Assembly: GCA_026387035.1 (NCBI GenBank)
Contig: JAPLMM010000262.1
Location: forward strand, 1-52,166
Source of the DNA: Planctomycetota bacterium
GTDB taxonomy: Bacteria > Planctomycetota > Phycisphaerae > FEN-1346
DNA length: 52,166 nt
Reading direction: 5' to 3'
Positions 44,340 to 52,166 of this stretch are shown here, piece after piece (position 1 is the first letter of the stretch; each line of letters begins with the position of its first letter). The notes beneath the pieces are model-generated. The model saw nothing but the letters and a program-made list of their open reading frames with translations, had not been told where the DNA came from and made no database searches. The position numbers and the translations under genes are program-made.

Positions 44340-46700
44340 ATGAGTGGGCGTGAAACGATCACAAGTCGGCGCATCGTGCGGCGAGTCATATCGTTTCTTG
44401 CGGCCTTGTGTCTGGTCGGTGTGGTTCCGGCGGCGGTGCGAGCGGCGGGCGAAGCGGAGCCGGCCGGCCAGCGGATCGTTCGCGTCGTCGTGCAAGGCAA
44501 CGAGCGCGTTAACACCCATCGCATCCTCGGCCAGATGCGCCTGCGCGAGGGCAGCACCTACACCCCGGAAGCCGCGGACCAGGATCTGAAGCGGATCATC
44601 GACCTGAGGGAGTTCGACAACGTCGTTCTCCGGCCCCAGCAGGAGGCGGACGGCCTGGTGCTCGTCGTGGAGGTGACCGAGAGGCCGGTTCTTGCGCGGC
44701 TGGAGTTTGTCGGCAACGAGCATTTCTCCGACAAGAATCTGGCCGAAACGATTGGCCTGAAGGAAGGCGAGCCGATCGATCAGCACCGGATCTTCACCGG
44801 CGCTCGGGCCATCGAGCAGAAGTACCGGGAGGCCGGTTACTATTTTGTCGGCGTGACGCTGGACGAGGATCTCCTGGCGGATCGTCAGGTGGCGCGCTTC
44901 ACCGTGGCCGAGGGGCCGCGCGTCCGCGTCCGCAAGATCACGTTCGTCGGCAACCCGTCCATTCCGGCGGACGAACTCGGGAAGCGGATGGAGACGCGCA
45001 CGTGGTTCCCGATCCTTGTGGCAGGCGTTTACGACGAGGACCAGGTCGCGCGCGACGTGATCGCCGTCCGGAACTACTACATCGAGCAGGGCTTTCTCGA
45101 CGTTCGCGTTCAGCGGGAACTCCAGTTCAACGCCTCGCGCACGAACCTCACGATCCGCATCGTCATTGAGGAAGGGCCGCGGTACCGAATCCGTTCGTTG
45201 GCGATGGCGGGCGTCGAGCGGTTCAGCCGGTCGCTCCTTCAGAAACAGATGGAACAGGAAGCGGACCTGGCGCCCGGCGAAGCGTACACGGCCGACAAGG
45301 TTCGCGAGTCGGTCCGGATCATCCGTGAGACGTACGGCGAGGTGGGGTACATCGAGGCGGTCGTCCGGCCGGTGGTCGATTTTGCCGAGGAGCCCGGCCT
45401 TGTGGACATGACCTTCAAGGTGGAGGAGAAGCAGGCGGTGCGGATCGGCGAGATCCGGATTGAGGGTAATCGCTTCACGCAAGACAAGGCGATCCGTCGG
45501 AACCTGCGGTTTTATCCCGAGGAGCCGGTCAATACGAAGTTGATTGAGAAGGCGCGCAAGCGGCTCGAGGGGAGCGGCCTGTTCGCCCCCGGTTCGGTCC
45601 AGATCGGCACGCTTCCGACCGAAGATCCGAACGTGCGGGACATTCTGGTGCGCGTCGATGAGACCGAGACGGGGAACCTGATCTTCGGAGCCGGCATCAG
45701 CAGCAACAGCGGCGTCGTGGGCAACATCTCGTTCGTTCAGCGCAACTTCGACATCACCGACTGGCCCGAGTCCAACGAGGAGTTCTGGCGCGGCGAGGCG
45801 TTCCGCGGCGCGGGCCAACTGTTCCAGATCGTGCTCGAGCCCGGCACGGAACTCCAGCGCTATCGCGTCGATTTCCGCGAGCCGCACCTGGCGGACTCCG
45901 ATTACAGCCTCTCGCTGAGCGGTTTCTTCTTCGAGCGCAAGCGCGACTCCTACGACGAGCGCCGCATCGGCGGCAACATCGGCTTCGGAAAGGAGATCCG
46001 CGAGGACCTTCAGGCCTTCCTGAACCTTCGCGTCGAGGGCATCGACATCCGCAACGTGGATGCCGATGCGCCGAAGGACCTCCTGGACGTCGAAGGCGCC
46101 AGTTCCCTCACCAGCGCCGAGGTGGGGCTCCTGAAGGACACGACCGACAGCATCTTCTTCCCGACGGAGGGGTATCGGCTCCGGGGGTCGGTCGAGCAGG
46201 CGGGCGCTCTCGGAGGCGACTACACGTTCACGAAGTTCGACGTGGACGCCCGGCGCTACTGGACGGTCACGCGCGACGTCCTGGACCGGCGGAGCGTGCT
46301 GTCGGTGCGCGGCCACCTGGGCTTTATCGGGGGCGACGCGCCGATCTTCGAGCGGTTCTACGCGGGCGGCCAGGGGAGCATCCGCGGCTTCGAGTTCCGC
46401 GGCGCGGGCCCGCGCGAGCGCGACACGGCGATCGGCGGCGACTTCCTGGCCCTCGCGTCCACGGAGTATTCGTTCCCGCTGTTTGAAAAGAACCTGACAG
46501 GCGTCTTCTTTCTCGACACCGGCACCGTCGAGAAGAAGATCGAGTTGAAGACGTTGCGCGCCTCGGTCGGGTTCGGCATCCGTTTCACCGTCCCATTCTT
46601 CGGGCCGGTTCCGTTCGCGTTTGACTTCGCCCTTCCGATCGCCAAGGACACCGACGATGAGACGCAGTTCTTCTCGTTCACGATCGGGACGGCTTTCTAG
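44340..46700 (+). CDS. bamA: outer membrane protein assembly factor BamA (Omp85; POTRA repeats plus beta-barrel)
   Basis: Signal peptide present. POTRA-like repeats are visible (IVRVVVQGNERV..., LEFVGNEHFSDKNL..., ITFVGNPSIPADEL..., IRIEGNRFTQDKAI...). The C-terminal barrel has RGF/YAGG motifs and ends in F. Confidence 0.9.
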   Translation: MSGRETITSRRIVRRVISFLAALCLVGVVPAAVRAAGEAEPAGQRIVRVVVQGNERVNTHRILGQMRLREGSTYTPEAADQDLKRIIDLREFDNVVLRPQQEADGLVLVVEVTERPVLARLEFVGNEHFSDKNLAETIGLKEGEPIDQHRIFTGARAIEQKYREAGYYFVGVTLDEDLLADRQVARFTVAEGPRVRVRKITFVGNPSIPADELGKRMETRTWFPILVAGVYDEDQVARDVIAVRNYYIEQGFLDVRVQRELQFNASRTNLTIRIVIEEGPRYRIRSLAMAGVERFSRSLLQKQMEQEADLAPGEAYTADKVRESVRIIRETYGEVGYIEAVVRPVVDFAEEPGLVDMTFKVEEKQAVRIGEIRIEGNRFTQDKAIRRNLRFYPEEPVNTKLIEKARKRLEGSGLFAPGSVQIGTLPTEDPNVRDILVRVDETETGNLIFGAGISSNSGVVGNISFVQRNFDITDWPESNEEFWRGEAFRGAGQLFQIVLEPGTELQRYRVDFREPHLADSDYSLSLSGFFFERKRDSYDERRIGGNIGFGKEIREDLQAFLNLRVEGIDIRNVDADAPKDLLDVEGASSLTSAEVGLLKDTTDSIFFPTEGYRLRGSVEQAGALGGDYTFTKFDVDARRYWTVTRDVLDRRSVLSVRGHLGFIGGDAPIFERFYAGGQGSIRGFEFRGAGPRERDTAIGGDFLALASTEYSFPLFEKNLTGVFFLDTGTVEKKIELKTLRASVGFGIRFTVPFFGPVPFAFDFALPIAKDTDDETQFFSFTIGTAF

Positions 46701-46796
46701 AGCGGCCGGGTGAACCGGCCCAGGTGGGAGTAGGCGGCCCGGCTCTCCGGGCGAGGACACGGGAAAAACAGGCAGCCAAAAGGAAAGGAGCATTTT

Positions 46797-47450
46797 ATGA
46801 ATCGGGTCTGGAGGATTGGAAGCGTGGGGCTGGGGGTCGTGCTCGTGGCGTTGCTCGCGGCGCCCGCACGGGCCGAGATCAAGGTCGGCCAGGTGGACAT
46901 CGTGACGCTGGTGGACAACTACGAGCGCACCAAGGATGCTGAAGCCGACGCCAAGGTGGAAGAGGCCAACATGAAGGCTGCCGCCGAGCCGAAAATCAAA
47001 AAGGTTGAGGAAATCCGTCTCCAGCGCGACGGGTTCAATAAGGACAGCGAGGAATGGCGTCGGCTGGACGACAAGGCGTTTGAGGCCGAGGTTGAACTGC
47101 GAACCTGGCTGGCCGTCGAACAGGCCAAGATGGTCCGCAAGCGGCGCGACATGCTGCTGGACATCTACCGCGACATTCAAAAGGTCGTCAGCCGCATCGC
47201 CAAGGGAAAGGGGCTGGACTTGGTGTTCGCAAAGGCGTTTCTGACCCCCGGCCAGATTGACGTGGAACAGGTCCGGAACCTCGCGGACCTGAAACAGCAC
47301 ATTGTAGCGACGGCCTTGCTGTTCCCCGGCAACGTGACCGACGTGACGGACGAGGTTCTCAAGATCCTGAACGACGCCTACAGGGTGTCCAAGAAGCCGG
47401 CGGAAGGCGCACCGCCCAAGACTCCGGCCGAGGGTGCTCCCAAGGGCTGA
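46797..47450 (+). CDS. skp: periplasmic chaperone Skp/OmpH family
   Basis: Signal peptide followed by a long charged coiled-coil and then the block GKGLDLVF. It lies immediately downstream of bamA. Confidence 0.8.
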   Translation: MNRVWRIGSVGLGVVLVALLAAPARAEIKVGQVDIVTLVDNYERTKDAEADAKVEEANMKAAAEPKIKKVEEIRLQRDGFNKDSEEWRRLDDKAFEAEVELRTWLAVEQAKMVRKRRDMLLDIYRDIQKVVSRIAKGKGLDLVFAKAFLTPGQIDVEQVRNLADLKQHIVATALLFPGNVTDVTDEVLKILNDAYRVSKKPAEGAPPKTPAEGAPKG

Positions 47451-47574
47451 ATCGGCGTGGGCGAATCGGGGTGAATGGTCCCGGCCCGGCGGCCGCTGGT
47501 CGGCTTTGCCGGGCCGGTTGGTTCCTGTCGCATGGGTGGATTCGACCGGCCGGGCCGTGGAAGCGGAGGATGGC

Positions 47575-49695
47575 GTGGAGAGGTGCCGGCGTCGGCTTGG
47601 CGCGATGTGTCTCGGCGCCCTGGCGGTGGCGGGCTTGGCCGCCGCCGCGGACGCCGACGTGGCCCCCTGGCTGGGGCCGGGATGGAAAGTCCGCCGCGTC
47701 GTCGACGCCAAGGTCGAACCGTCCTCCTATCCGGGAGCGGAGGTGGCCGTTTGCATCTTCTACAGCGGCGGCATGATGAAGGCGGACGGCAGCGACCTTC
47801 GCGTCGCCGCCGAGGGCCGCCGACTCGTTCCCCATCGTGTGCTCGCGGTCGGCCCGGGCGACCTGGTGCGCATCGCGTTTGCCGCCACGCCGGGCACCGA
47901 GCGTTACTACATCTACTACGGCAACCCGGAGGCGGGACCGCCGACCGAAACGTGGGAGCCCGAGCGCGGCGTCCTGCTGGAGGCTCGCCAGTGGCCCGGC
48001 GGGCCCATGGACCGTCTCGGCGCGGTGCAGAAGATTTGGGAAAAGGCAAAACTGGCCGGCGCCGCTTTCGTGAGCCACATCAATTTCGGCTTTAACCCCT
48101 TTGGCGAGAGTGAAGCCCCAAGGATCTACCGTTACACGGGGTGGATAGTGGCGCCAGAGGCCGGGACGTACGACGTGGCCACGTCCAGCGACGAGGCCTC
48201 CTGGCTTCTGATAGACGGCAAAGAAGTCGTCTCCTGGCCGGGCGAGCACGGACCCCTCTGGGACGCCCGCCATGCCGCCAAATGTACCCTTACCCAAGGG
48301 GTTCACCGGCTGGATTACTGGCATGTGAACGGCGGCGGGGCGATGATGGCGGTGGCGGCGTGGCGCGTGCCCGAGACGGACCGTTTTGTGCCCATTCCGC
48401 CCAATGCGTTCCTTCCCGTCGCCCATGCGACTCTCGTGGAGACGGACATTCAGAACGAGCGGATCGTGGCCGACTTCTTCGTCGAGCACGCCGGCGAATC
48501 CTGGTGGCCGGACCACTATGCCGTCCGTATCCAGTTCAAGAACCTTTCCAGGGGGATCAGCCTGCGTCAGGGCGGTCGGTTCGATTGGGATTTCGGCGAC
48601 GGCCAGACGAGCCAGGCGGCGGAGCCCGTTCACATCTACCTTGCCCCCGGAGACTACACGGTCACGCTGAAGGCGAGCCGAAGCGCCTTGGCCCACACGT
48701 TCCGGACGAAGGTCCGCGTGGAACGGAACTGGTGGAAACAAGCGGAGCGCGCGCTCGACCCCGTCAAGGGGTATGGCGAGGCCGTCGCGCGATACGATTT
48801 TCAGACGCTCGATCCGGCGAACCTGTTCCTGGCGGTGCAACTTTTCGATTACCAGAAGAGGAGCGATGCGCTCGTCGCCGCGGCGAGGGCCTTCGCCGTC
48901 GAGCGCGAGGGCGCCTCGGAGGCGGATGGGTACTCCGTCAGCCTCCTGCTCGGGAAATATCTTCGCGAATCCGGGGGCGCCAAAGAGGCCGTCGGGATCT
49001 ATCGCCGGATGGAAGGGCGCACGAAGACGCCCGCTCAGAAAGCGAGGCTCGCGCTCGAGACCGCCGAGACGCTCCTCAGAAACCTCTACGAGTACGACCA
49101 GGCCGAAGGCCAGTACCAGCGGGTGCTGAAGACCTACGCGGCCGTCGCGGGCGACGAGGTCCTTCGGCGGGCCCACATCGGCATGGGCGACGTCTGGCGC
49201 CACCGGGGCAAGACCGATGAGGCCCGCCGGGCCTACGAGGCCGCCGTCGATATTCAAATCAAGGTTTACACGCCCGCCCAGGTGGCCGTCCGCGTCGGCA
49301 CGCTCGCCCGCTACGTCGAGGAGTACACGCGCGAGCGCGAGTGGGAATGGGCCTTCCAGTTCCTCGACGAGTGGGCCTGGGAATTTCCGCTCGGGAAACT
49401 GGAGGGCCATTGGTCGTTGCTGAGGGTCCGCGCGCTGGTGGCAAAGGGCGACCGCGACGAGGCGCTCCGCGAAGCCCTCGACCTCCTGGCCGCCAACCCC
49501 ACCAGCCCGTATGCCGTGCGGCTGCTGATGGAGGCGGCCGAATGCCAGGTCGCCCTTGGGTCTCGGGATCAGGCTCGGCGGCTGCTCGAGACGGCCGTCG
49601 AGGATTATCCGGAGGACCCCAGCCGCGAGGAGGCCCGCAACCGCTTGAAGGTGCTCGGAGGTGGCACGGAGGAGGGCGAGGGGGCCTCCAAGTGA
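47575..49695 (+). CDS. secreted PA14-like / PKD-like / TPR-repeat protein
   Basis: I placed the start at GTG 47575 (SD GGAGG), giving a signal peptide ...MCLGALAVAGLAAAADA. A PA14-like block is present (YRYTGWIVAPEAGTYDVATSSDEASWLLIDGKEV...HVNGGGAMM). A PKD-like block follows (FDWDFGDGQTSQAAEPVHIYLAPGDYTVTL). The C-terminus is TPR-like. Confidence 0.65.
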   Translation: MERCRRRLGAMCLGALAVAGLAAAADADVAPWLGPGWKVRRVVDAKVEPSSYPGAEVAVCIFYSGGMMKADGSDLRVAAEGRRLVPHRVLAVGPGDLVRIAFAATPGTERYYIYYGNPEAGPPTETWEPERGVLLEARQWPGGPMDRLGAVQKIWEKAKLAGAAFVSHINFGFNPFGESEAPRIYRYTGWIVAPEAGTYDVATSSDEASWLLIDGKEVVSWPGEHGPLWDARHAAKCTLTQGVHRLDYWHVNGGGAMMAVAAWRVPETDRFVPIPPNAFLPVAHATLVETDIQNERIVADFFVEHAGESWWPDHYAVRIQFKNLSRGISLRQGGRFDWDFGDGQTSQAAEPVHIYLAPGDYTVTLKASRSALAHTFRTKVRVERNWWKQAERALDPVKGYGEAVARYDFQTLDPANLFLAVQLFDYQKRSDALVAAARAFAVEREGASEADGYSVSLLLGKYLRESGGAKEAVGIYRRMEGRTKTPAQKARLALETAETLLRNLYEYDQAEGQYQRVLKTYAAVAGDEVLRRAHIGMGDVWRHRGKTDEARRAYEAAVDIQIKVYTPAQVAVRVGTLARYVEEYTREREWEWAFQFLDEWAWEFPLGKLEGHWSLLRVRALVAKGDRDEALREALDLLAANPTSPYAVRLLMEAAECQVALGSRDQARRLLETAVEDYPEDPSREEARNRLKVLGGGTEEGEGASK

Positions 49696-49786
49696 GCCCT
49701 GCCGGTTGGGGCCGTCCAAAATTCTGTTGACCTGGGGGTGGCCAGTGCGGTAAATAGCCCTACCGGCGGATGAATGGGAACGGTTT

Positions 49787-49828
49787 GGGCAAACCTCCGC
49801 GAACGCCGGGGTTTGCCCCATGTTTTTT
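49787..49828 (+). terminator. intrinsic terminator-like hairpin between the PA14/TPR gene and tkt
   Basis: GGGCAAACC / GGTTTGCCC forms a 9-bp stem with a 14-nt loop. It is followed by CATGTTTTTT (T6 at 49823-49828). Confidence 0.5.
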
Positions 49829-49866
49829 CACGCGGACTTGCAGCGGCTTCTCGCAAGGAGACGGGG

Positions 49867-51828
49867 ATGAGTTTTGCCGATGCCGTCAGGTACAAGGCCA
49901 TCGAACTGAGCCGCCATGTGATCCGAATGACTGCCGAGGCGGGTTCCGGCCATCCGAGTTCGGCCCTCAGCCTGGCCCACATCACCGTGGTCCTGATGTA
50001 TCACCAGATGCGCCACGACGTCGCGAACCCCTGGAATCCCCTGAACGACCGCCTCGTCCTTTCCGAGGGGCATGCCGTCCCGATCGTTTACGCGGCCTAT
50101 GCGGACCTGGGTGGCGTTGTCGGGACCGACCCGAAGAAGGGGCGCAAACTCGCCATCGACGATCTCTGGACGCTTCGGGAGCAGAGCAGCATTCTGGACG
50201 GGCACCCGAACCCGGCCGTCGGTTTTCCCTTCTTCGACGCTGCCACCGGATCGCTGGGGCAGGGCGTCAGCGTGGCCGCCGGCCTTGCCTTGGCCGCTCG
50301 ACTCGACAAGATCGACAAAACCATTTACGTCCTCTGCGGCGACGGCGAGGTCCGCGAAGGACAAATCTGGGAAGCCCTCGACTTCATCGCCGACTATCGC
50401 CTCACGAACGTCCGCGTCGTCATCAACTCGAACGGCATGGGCCAGAGCGATTACGTCAGCCCACAGCAGAGCGCCCGCACGCTGGCCAAGAAAGTGGCGG
50501 CCTACGGCCTGCATCCGATTACGATCAACGGCCACGATCCGGTGGCCATCCGCAAGGCGCTCTCGGCCAAGGGGCCAAAGGGCAAGTCCGTCGTCGTCAT
50601 CGCCAAGACGACCAAGGGCTGGGGCGTCCGCGAACTCCAGCAGGTGGGTTACCACGGCAAGCCGCTCTCCGTTGAGGACGTCGCGAAGGCCCTCGAGGAA
50701 CTCCGCCTGCCGAAGAAGAAGCCCGCCTTCGAGTTGTGCCCGCCGATGCCCAAGGGCGAGATCCCGCGGCAGGACCGCAAGCCCATCCCGATGGCCGACC
50801 CCGATTTCGTCGCCCTGACCGAGGGCATGAAACTCCAGGCCAACGTGAAGAAAGGCAAACTGGCCACCCGGCACGCCTACGGCCTGGTGCTGCGCGAACT
50901 CGGACGCGCTTCGCCACGCATCGTCGCGCTGGACGGCGACGTCTCCAACTCGACGTTTTCGGAGTTCCTCGGTAAAGAGTTCCCCAACCGCTTCTTTGAG
51001 TGCCGCATCGCCGAGCAGAACATGGCTAGCGTGTCGGTGGGTTTGGCGGCCGGGGGCAAGATCCCCTTTGCCTCGAGTTTCGCCAAGTTCCTCGTCCGCG
51101 CCTATGACCAGATCGAAATGGCCGCAAACACCTGCGCGAACGTGAAACTCGTGGGCAGCCACTCGGGCGTCAGCCTCGGCGCCGACGGTCCCAGCCAGAT
51201 GGGCCTCGTGGACGTTGCTTTCTTCGGCGCCCTCGCGAGCGTTAAGACGCCCAAGGGCAAGCCCGGCTGCGTCGTCCTCAATCCGTCCGACGCCGTCAGC
51301 GCCTACAAACTGACCGTCCTCATGGCCAATTACGAGGGGCTCGCCTACCTGCGGACCCTTCGCCCCGACACGCCGTTCCTCTACAAGCCCGAGGAGAAGT
51401 TCGACCTGGTCGGCCAGAAAGTCCTCGCCAAAGGCAAGGACCTGACGATCGTGGCGTGGGGCTACATGGTCCACGAGGCGCTGCGGGCGGCGAAGACCCT
51501 CCAAGGCGGGGGAATCGCGTGCGGCGTGGTGGACGCCTACAGCCTGCCGCTCGCCGACGGCTTCCTCAACGCGATCGGGGCGGGCGACGGCTCGACGCTG
51601 CTGGTCGTCGAAGACAATTATGCGGGTGGGCTCGGCGCCGCGGTGGCGGCAGCAGCCGGTCAGGTCCGCGGCCTGCGCACCGTGACCATGACCGCCGAGC
51701 GCATGCCGAAGTCAGCGAAGACGGCGGACGACGTTCTGCGGCACATCGGCCTCGATTGCGACGCCATCTGCCGCAAGGCTCGGGCGATCCTCGGCAGACA
51801 GGGGAACGGAAAACAGCAATGTATTTAG
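49867..51828 (+). CDS. tkt: transketolase (N- and C-terminal sections in one polypeptide)
   Basis: Motifs: the TPP-binding GSGHPSSALS, LCGDGEVREGQIWEAL, the pyrimidine-binding middle domain (FFECRIAEQNM) and a C-terminal domain. I placed the start at ATG 49867 (SD AGGAG 7 nt upstream). Confidence 0.9.
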   Translation: MSFADAVRYKAIELSRHVIRMTAEAGSGHPSSALSLAHITVVLMYHQMRHDVANPWNPLNDRLVLSEGHAVPIVYAAYADLGGVVGTDPKKGRKLAIDDLWTLREQSSILDGHPNPAVGFPFFDAATGSLGQGVSVAAGLALAARLDKIDKTIYVLCGDGEVREGQIWEALDFIADYRLTNVRVVINSNGMGQSDYVSPQQSARTLAKKVAAYGLHPITINGHDPVAIRKALSAKGPKGKSVVVIAKTTKGWGVRELQQVGYHGKPLSVEDVAKALEELRLPKKKPAFELCPPMPKGEIPRQDRKPIPMADPDFVALTEGMKLQANVKKGKLATRHAYGLVLRELGRASPRIVALDGDVSNSTFSEFLGKEFPNRFFECRIAEQNMASVSVGLAAGGKIPFASSFAKFLVRAYDQIEMAANTCANVKLVGSHSGVSLGADGPSQMGLVDVAFFGALASVKTPKGKPGCVVLNPSDAVSAYKLTVLMANYEGLAYLRTLRPDTPFLYKPEEKFDLVGQKVLAKGKDLTIVAWGYMVHEALRAAKTLQGGGIACGVVDAYSLPLADGFLNAIGAGDGSTLLVVEDNYAGGLGAAVAAAAGQVRGLRTVTMTAERMPKSAKTADDVLRHIGLDCDAICRKARAILGRQGNGKQQCI

Positions 51829-51833
51829 AACCT

Positions 51834-51921
51834 CTAACAAAATGGGTGGCACTGGCGGCTTTTCCGCCAGTGCACGGGCGGGCAAGCCGCCCGTGCCACC
51901 CGGCCATGATCATTTTGTTAG
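51834..51921. repeat. compound palindromic element: an 11-bp outer stem enclosing two GC-rich hairpins
   Basis: CTAACAAAATG (51834-51844) pairs with CATTTTGTTAG (51911-51921). Inside are CTGGCGG-CTTTTC-CCGCCAG and GCACGGGCGG-GCAAG-CCGCCCGTGC, plus GGTG/CACC. The element starts 6 nt after the tkt stop. Confidence 0.75.
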
Positions 51922-51944
51922 GCGCTCTTAACCGGACAGTTTTT

Positions 51945-51972
51945 TCTCTGCGGTCTCTGCGCTCTCTGCGTT
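51945..51972. repeat. tandem 9-bp array (TCTCTGCGG TCTCTGCGC TCTCTGCGT)
   Basis: Read directly from the sequence. The unit is the same as in the right arm of the 31329-31462 element. Confidence 0.8.
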
Positions 51973-51986
51973 GAAATGACGTTTAG

Positions 51987-52166
<180 letters not shown>

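Noticed and set aside
43761-47711. A 1316-aa minus-strand ORF spanning the region of the small membrane protein, bamA and skp.
   Set aside because: It lies antisense to genes with clear family signatures (POTRA/Omp85, OmpH). Its translation is dominated by R/G/A/P/L/D/E with no recognisable motifs. Long stop-free antisense frames are expected in GC-rich DNA.
47359-49821. An 820-aa minus-strand ORF antisense to the PA14/PKD/TPR gene. Similar long antisense ORFs occur at 23322..25307 (+), 25383..27200 (+), 27336..28988 (-), 17801..19405 (-), 19255..20790 (-), 36237..37796 (+), 37676..39205 (+), 49828..51504 (-), 33371..34903 (+), 35456..36661 (+), 11321..12496 (-), 14327..15412 (-) and 39850..40809 (-).
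   Set aside because: All overlap, on the opposite strand, genes with strong conserved motifs (SecA, permease, MoxR, DUF4159, transketolase, P-type ATPase, BioA, EtfB and others). All have Arg/Gly/Pro/Ala-rich low-information translations. They are shadow ORFs.

Overview
This is a visibly GC-rich chromosomal segment carrying about 40 protein genes and 2 tRNA genes, almost all of them housekeeping. All family calls come from motif recognition by eye, because no searches could be run. Gene content suggests a Planctomycetota-like, probably anaerobic or facultative organism, but that is an inference. The supporting features are a giant SecA, a DUF4159/MoxR pair, many signal-peptide 'sugar phosphate isomerase'-type proteins, Ahb haem synthesis, bifurcating-type Etf and low-complexity intergenic repeats.

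Genes from left to right:
- A partial nqrA-like gene.
- A minus-strand, translationally coupled operon hemA > cobA/hemD > ahbC > ahbD > ahbAB > Zn-ADH (siroheme-dependent haem route). It lies back-to-back with System II cytochrome c maturation genes (ccs1, ccsA).
- pcm, then a small gene-remnant scar.
- A secreted sugar-phosphate isomerase and a Tat-signal nitroreductase.
- A DUF62 SAM-hydrolase gene coupled to bioA and bioD.
- tRNA-Val, an ArsR regulator, a ferredoxin, an NCS2 purine permease and a GH-like protein.
- dapB, thrC and secA, all on the minus strand.
- Secreted transglutaminase-like, six-hairpin-like and ADP-ribosylglycohydrolase proteins.
- A P-type ATPase, MoxR and a tandem-DUF4159 protein.
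- tRNA-Arg, then etfB, etfA and a long acyl-CoA dehydrogenase.
- bamA, skp and a PA14/PKD/TPR protein.
- Transketolase and the start of guaB.

I see no CRISPR array, transposase, integrase, prophage or recognisable defence system.

The observations most worth following up:
1. The DUF62 SAM hydrolase is translationally coupled to bioA-bioD.
2. SecA carries an eight-cysteine module and large expansions.
3. The thrC zinc ribbon lies upstream of any canonical start codon.
4. An MDR dehydrogenase is welded onto the ahb operon.
5. tRNA-Val has C at position 33.
6. Several families of 7-bp and 9-bp periodic intergenic repeats are present, and some form long palindromes.

Many long ORFs in the supplied track are antisense shadow ORFs typical of high-GC DNA and were rejected.
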